64,000 nucleotides of DNA from a bacterium (GTDB lineage Bacteria; Bdellovibrionota_C; UBA2361; CALJRW01): positions 32,001 through 96,000 of the forward strand of contig JANNBC010000006.1 in the NCBI GenBank assembly GCA_031385045.1, written 5' to 3'. The translations under genes and the position numbers were made by a program. Shown here in pieces: positions 59,941-64,000 of this stretch (its first letter is position 1; each line of letters begins with the position of its first letter). Below the pieces are notes generated by a model. The model had not been told where the DNA came from. It saw only the letters and a program-made list of their open reading frames with translations, and did no database searches.

Positions 59941-61239
59941 ATGGAAGAAACAAAAATTTTAATTAAGAATGCTCGAGTCCTTGATGCCGAATCCAAAACA
60001 GATTCAATCTTAGATCTCTTAGTTGAAGGAAGCACAATTAAGGCAATCGATAAGCCAGGTTCGTTTAGCACTTTATCTAATTTACAGATAATTGATGGCA
60101 CTGGTCAGTGGTTGTTGCCGGGTCTGATCGATTTACATGTTCACTTACGGGAACCAGGTCAAGAATGGAAGGAAACAATTCATAGCGGCTCAGCGGCCGC
60201 AATCAGTGGTGGGTATACTACAATTTGTGCCATGCCCAATACCAAACCAGTTAATGATTCCTTAGAGATTACTAAATATATTAAAGAGAAAGCGCTACAA
60301 GCAAATTTGGCTAAGGTTGTTCCAATTGGTGCAGTTTCTCACAACTTGGAAGGCAAACAAATGTCTTCATTATCAGAGCTTTATCATGCGGGTTGTCTGG
60401 CATTTTCTGATGACGGCCAACCAATTTATGATTCAGGCTTAATGCGTCGTGCTTTGGAATGGTGTCGCATGACAGATGCTGTTATTTGTTGTCATGAAGA
60501 AGATAAGTGCCTGAGTTGCTCTGGGGCGATGAATGAATCTGCCATCTCTTATAAATTAGGCTTACCAGGAATGTCAACTATTGCAGAAGATGTAATGGTA
60601 GCAAGAGATATTGAATTAGCCAGGTTCACAGGAGGGCGAGTTCATATTTGTCATATCTCCAGTGAACGAGGAGTCGAGTTAATTCGTCGTGCTAAAAATG
60701 ATGGAATTAATATTACCTGCGAAGTAACTCCACATCACTTAACACTTACGGAAGACTGCTTAAAAGATTATGACACTAACTATAAGATGAGTCCGCCACT
60801 TCGCTCAGAAAAAACAAGACAAGCGCTAATTGCTGGAATTAAAGATGGTACAATTGACTGTATCGCTAGTGATCATGCTCCGCATGAGTTTGATAGTAAG
60901 AATACTTCCTTTCCTCAGGCCTCGATGGGAATTCTTGGTCTCCAAACTAGCCTACCATTAATGCTAGAATTTTGTGAACAAAAAATAATTACACCACTGC
61001 AGCTTGTAAGCTTACTGGCAACTAATCCAGCAAAGATTTTTAAGATGAGCCAAGGTCAAATCAAGGTTGGTGCTCCAGCTGATCTAATTTTATTAGATCC
61101 TAAAAAAGAGTGGGCCTTTACTCGCGATAATAATTTTTCCAAGAGCTTTAATAGTCCATTTTTAAATCGTAAATTAAAAGGGGAGTGCTCAGTGGTATTG
61201 GTTGATGGTCAAATTAAAAACGTACAGAAAGATAAATAA
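59941..61239 (+). CDS. pyrC: Dihydroorotase
   Basis: DLHVHLREPG, MPNT, EVTPHH and SDHAPH motifs. Confidence 0.96.
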   Translation: MEETKILIKNARVLDAESKTDSILDLLVEGSTIKAIDKPGSFSTLSNLQIIDGTGQWLLPGLIDLHVHLREPGQEWKETIHSGSAAAISGGYTTICAMPNTKPVNDSLEITKYIKEKALQANLAKVVPIGAVSHNLEGKQMSSLSELYHAGCLAFSDDGQPIYDSGLMRRALEWCRMTDAVICCHEEDKCLSCSGAMNESAISYKLGLPGMSTIAEDVMVARDIELARFTGGRVHICHISSERGVELIRRAKNDGINITCEVTPHHLTLTEDCLKDYDTNYKMSPPLRSEKTRQALIAGIKDGTIDCIASDHAPHEFDSKNTSFPQASMGILGLQTSLPLMLEFCEQKIITPLQLVSLLATNPAKIFKMSQGQIKVGAPADLILLDPKKEWAFTRDNNFSKSFNSPFLNRKLKGECSVVLVDGQIKNVQKDK

Positions 61240-61240
61240 T

Positions 61241-62392
61241 ATGAAAAATAAAGCCGTACTTGTTTTAGCAGATGGTCGTTACTTTGAAGGGGAATCTTTT
61301 GGAGCTAATATTAGCCCTGAAAAGCCAGTCGTTGGAGAAGTGGTTTTCAATACTTCAATGTATGGTTACCAAGAAATTATTACAGATCCAAGTTATGCTG
61401 GACAGCTGATGTGTTTTACTACAGCACAAATAGGTAATGTCGGTTGTAACGAACTAGACGTTGAATCAAGTCATGTTCATGCCATGGGAGTTATTGTTAA
61501 GAATTATTCCGATTTCTATTCTAATTATCGAGCTAAAGAATCGCTTGGCAGTTATCTAAAGAAAAATAATATTCCTGGCATTGCTAAAATTGATACTCGT
61601 TCCTTGGTTCAACACCTAAGAGATCATGGTGCACAAATGGGTGCAATTGCCTGTGGGGAGAACATTGATATTAGTTTATTAGTAGCAAAAGCTCGTGAAG
61701 CTGGAAGCATGGAAGGCAAGAATTATGTTCGTGCTGTCAGTTGCCAAGAAGCGTATTCTTGGTCTCAGCTTCCTTGGGATCAGACAAGTGAATGCTATCC
61801 AGAGCTAACAGCATCAGAACTCCAAAAAAGACCGCACCTAGTCGCTTTAGATTTTGGAATAAAATTTAATATCTTACGACTGTTAAGTGAAATTGGATTT
61901 AGAGTTACAGTGCTTCCAGCCTATAGCACTGCTAAGGAAATTAGAGCCCAAGCTCCCGATGCTCTTTTTTTATCAAATGGCCCAGGAGATCCGGCAACTC
62001 TAATGGAAATTGTTGCTGTTACAAAAGAACTGATATCCGAACTACCAATTTTTGGAATTTGTTTAGGTCACCAAATACTTTGCCAAGCACTTGGTGGCAA
62101 AACTTATAAGCTTAAATTTGGCCACCGTGGTGGGAATCACCCAGTACTTGATTGTTTGACCAGAAAAGTAGAAATCACTTCGCAAAATCACGGTTTTGCA
62201 GTACAGCAAGGAAGTTTAAGCAAAAATGTTTTAATTAGTCATGTAAATTTAAACGATCAAACAGTCGAAGGTTTGGCTGATGCTAAATTGAAAGTGTTTT
62301 CTGTTCAGTATCACCCAGAAGCTTCCCCTGGACCTCACGATTCCAATTATCTTTTTCAAAATTTTTATAATCTAGTTGTTAACAATGCCTAA
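61241..62392 (+). CDS. carA: Carbamoyl-phosphate synthase small subunit
   Basis: [21 protein letters not shown] and [10 protein letters not shown] motifs; ATG 61241 preferred. Confidence 0.97.
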   Translation: MKNKAVLVLADGRYFEGESFGANISPEKPVVGEVVFNTSMYGYQEIITDPSYAGQLMCFTTAQIGNVGCNELDVESSHVHAMGVIVKNYSDFYSNYRAKESLGSYLKKNNIPGIAKIDTRSLVQHLRDHGAQMGAIACGENIDISLLVAKAREAGSMEGKNYVRAVSCQEAYSWSQLPWDQTSECYPELTASELQKRPHLVALDFGIKFNILRLLSEIGFRVTVLPAYSTAKEIRAQAPDALFLSNGPGDPATLMEIVAVTKELISELPIFGICLGHQILCQALGGKTYKLKFGHRGGNHPVLDCLTRKVEITSQNHGFAVQQGSLSKNVLISHVNLNDQTVEGLADAKLKVFSVQYHPEASPGPHDSNYLFQNFYNLVVNNA

Positions 62393-64000
62393 AAGAACTG
62401 ACCTTAAATCAATATTAATCATCGGCTCCGGTCCAATTGTGATTGGACAAGCTTGCGAATTTGACTACTCCGGTGCTCAAGCTATTAAAGCCTTAAAAGA
62501 AGAGGGCTATCGAGTGATCTTGGTTAACTCTAACCCAGCAACCATCATGACCGATCCTGACTTTGCTGATGCCGTATACTTGGAGCCGATTACTCCAGAA
62601 TTCGTCAAAAAAGTAATTGCCAAAGAACGACCTTGTGCGGTGTTACCAACGATGGGTGGTCAGACAGCTTTAAACATTGCGATTGCCCTTGATGAAGAAG
62701 GTGTCTTTGAAAAATATGGCTGTGAATTAATTGGAGCAAAAATCCCTTCAATTAAAATGGCGGAAGATCGCAAGCTTTTTCGCGATGCAATGGATGACAT
62801 CGGTCTAGAATCAGCCAAAAGTTTTGTTGTTAATTCTGTGAATGAAGCACGAGAGTTAGTGGATCAAATTGGTTATCCGATGGTGCTGAGACCATCTCGA
62901 ACTCTTGGAGGCACTGGCGGAGGAATTGTTCGTAACGAGCATGAACTTCAAGCAAAAGTTCATATGGCATTAGCTGCTAGTCCTAATCATGAAGTTCTAA
63001 TTGAAGAATCCTTATTGGGATGGAAAGAAATTGAACTAGAAGTGATGCGTGATTTGAAGGATAATGTTGTGATTATCTGCGGAATTGAGAATCTTGATCC
63101 GATGGGAGTGCATACTGGAGACTCAATTACGGTTGCACCAGTTCAAACGTTAACCGATAAAGAGTATCAAGTTCTAAGAGATGCTGCCATCAAAGTTATT
63201 CGTAAAATTGGAGTTGATACCGGAGGTTCAAATGTTCAATTTGCAATTAATCCTGAAAATGGTCGAGTAATAATTATTGAAATGAATCCCCGAGTTTCTA
63301 GGAGCTCAGCTCTAGCTTCTAAAGCTACGGGATTTCCAATCGCTAAAATTGCTGCCAAATTAGCAGTTGGGTATTCACTGGATGAAATTCCCAATGATAT
63401 TACCAAAGAAACACCAGCGAGCTTCGAACCGGCAATTGATTATGTTGTTGTTAAAATTCCACGTTTTAACTTTGAAAAATTTCCCTTAGCAGAAGCGGTA
63501 CTTGGAACTCAAATGAAATCTGTCGGTGAAATCATGGCCTTTGGTAGTAGTATGCAAGAAGCACTACAAAAAGCACTTTGTAGCATGGAGATTAATTCTG
63601 CAGGTTTTGACAGAGAAAAATTAGTTGCGGGATTAAGTAAACAAGATATCCTCTTAAAAACAGCAATTCCGGCACCAGATCGTATTTATTATTTAGCAGA
63701 AGCCCTAAGAGCTGGCGGAGAAATTGCTGAAATCTATAAAATGTCCGCAGTTGATCCTTGGTTCTTAAATCAAATTAAAGAAATTATTGATTCCGAGAAA
63801 AGTCTAACAGATCAAAAACTCGAATCACTATCTGCAGCGAGACTTTGGAGTCTTAAACAACAAGGATTTTCTGATGAGCGTTTAGCAAAGCTTTTAAAGA
63901 CTTCTGAAGCTACTGTTCGTAATTATCGGATCTCCCTAGCTGTTAAACCTAATTACAAAGCTGTGGATACTTGTGCTGCAGAGTTTAAAGCTAACACTCC
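62385..64000 (+). CDS. carB: Carbamoyl-phosphate synthase large subunit (3'-truncated by window edge; absent from ORF track)
   Basis: Translates [30 protein letters not shown] and reaches VDTCAAEF near the window end. Confidence 0.97.
   Translation, partial: MPKRTDLKSILIIGSGPIVIGQACEFDYSGAQAIKALKEEGYRVILVNSNPATIMTDPDFADAVYLEPITPEFVKKVIAKERPCAVLPTMGGQTALNIAIALDEEGVFEKYGCELIGAKIPSIKMAEDRKLFRDAMDDIGLESAKSFVVNSVNEARELVDQIGYPMVLRPSRTLGGTGGGIVRNEHELQAKVHMALAASPNHEVLIEESLLGWKEIELEVMRDLKDNVVIICGIENLDPMGVHTGDSITVAPVQTLTDKEYQVLRDAAIKVIRKIGVDTGGSNVQFAINPENGRVIIIEMNPRVSRSSALASKATGFPIAKIAAKLAVGYSLDEIPNDITKETPASFEPAIDYVVVKIPRFNFEKFPLAEAVLGTQMKSVGEIMAFGSSMQEALQKALCSMEINSAGFDREKLVAGLSKQDILLKTAIPAPDRIYYLAEALRAGGEIAEIYKMSAVDPWFLNQIKEIIDSEKSLTDQKLESLSAARLWSLKQQGFSDERLAKLLKTSEATVRNYRISLAVKPNYKAVDTCAAEFKANT

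Overview
An AT-rich bacterial chromosome window made mostly of housekeeping genes from a diderm organism. The lysS-lolC-lolD-bamA-skp-fabZ-lpxA-lpxI order, PurS-fused PurL and Tad/pilin genes suggest a deltaproteobacteria-like or Bdellovibrionota-like lineage (inference only). Contents: ribF, sucA, an AmgK/MurU-like pair with a DOMON-like protein and a GT9-GT2 fusion, an acyl-CoA dehydrogenase, an orphan type IV pilin, metG, the envelope/lipid A cluster, purL-purQ, pgeF, ispB, two hybrid histidine kinases, a TadE-TadE-TadG(vWA) cassette, coaD-aminotransferase-ndk-rlmN, a cold-shock protein, a degenerate MlaF-like ABC ATPase, a HelY/Ski2-like helicase split by one in-frame stop, etfBA, tRNA-Gln-prs-rplY-pth-rpsF-rplI, and pyrR-pyrB-pyrC-carA-carB (truncated). 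No transposase, integrase, prophage or CRISPR array was found. The most notable unexplained signal is non-coding. A ~112 bp multi-hairpin element occurs twice (31950-32061 and 41061-41173, about 85% identical, with one compensatory base-pair change and variable-length flanking stems). A third, sequence-unrelated cassette with a similar hairpin layout lies before the split helicase. Together they are a candidate structured RNA/DNA element family that I do not recognise.
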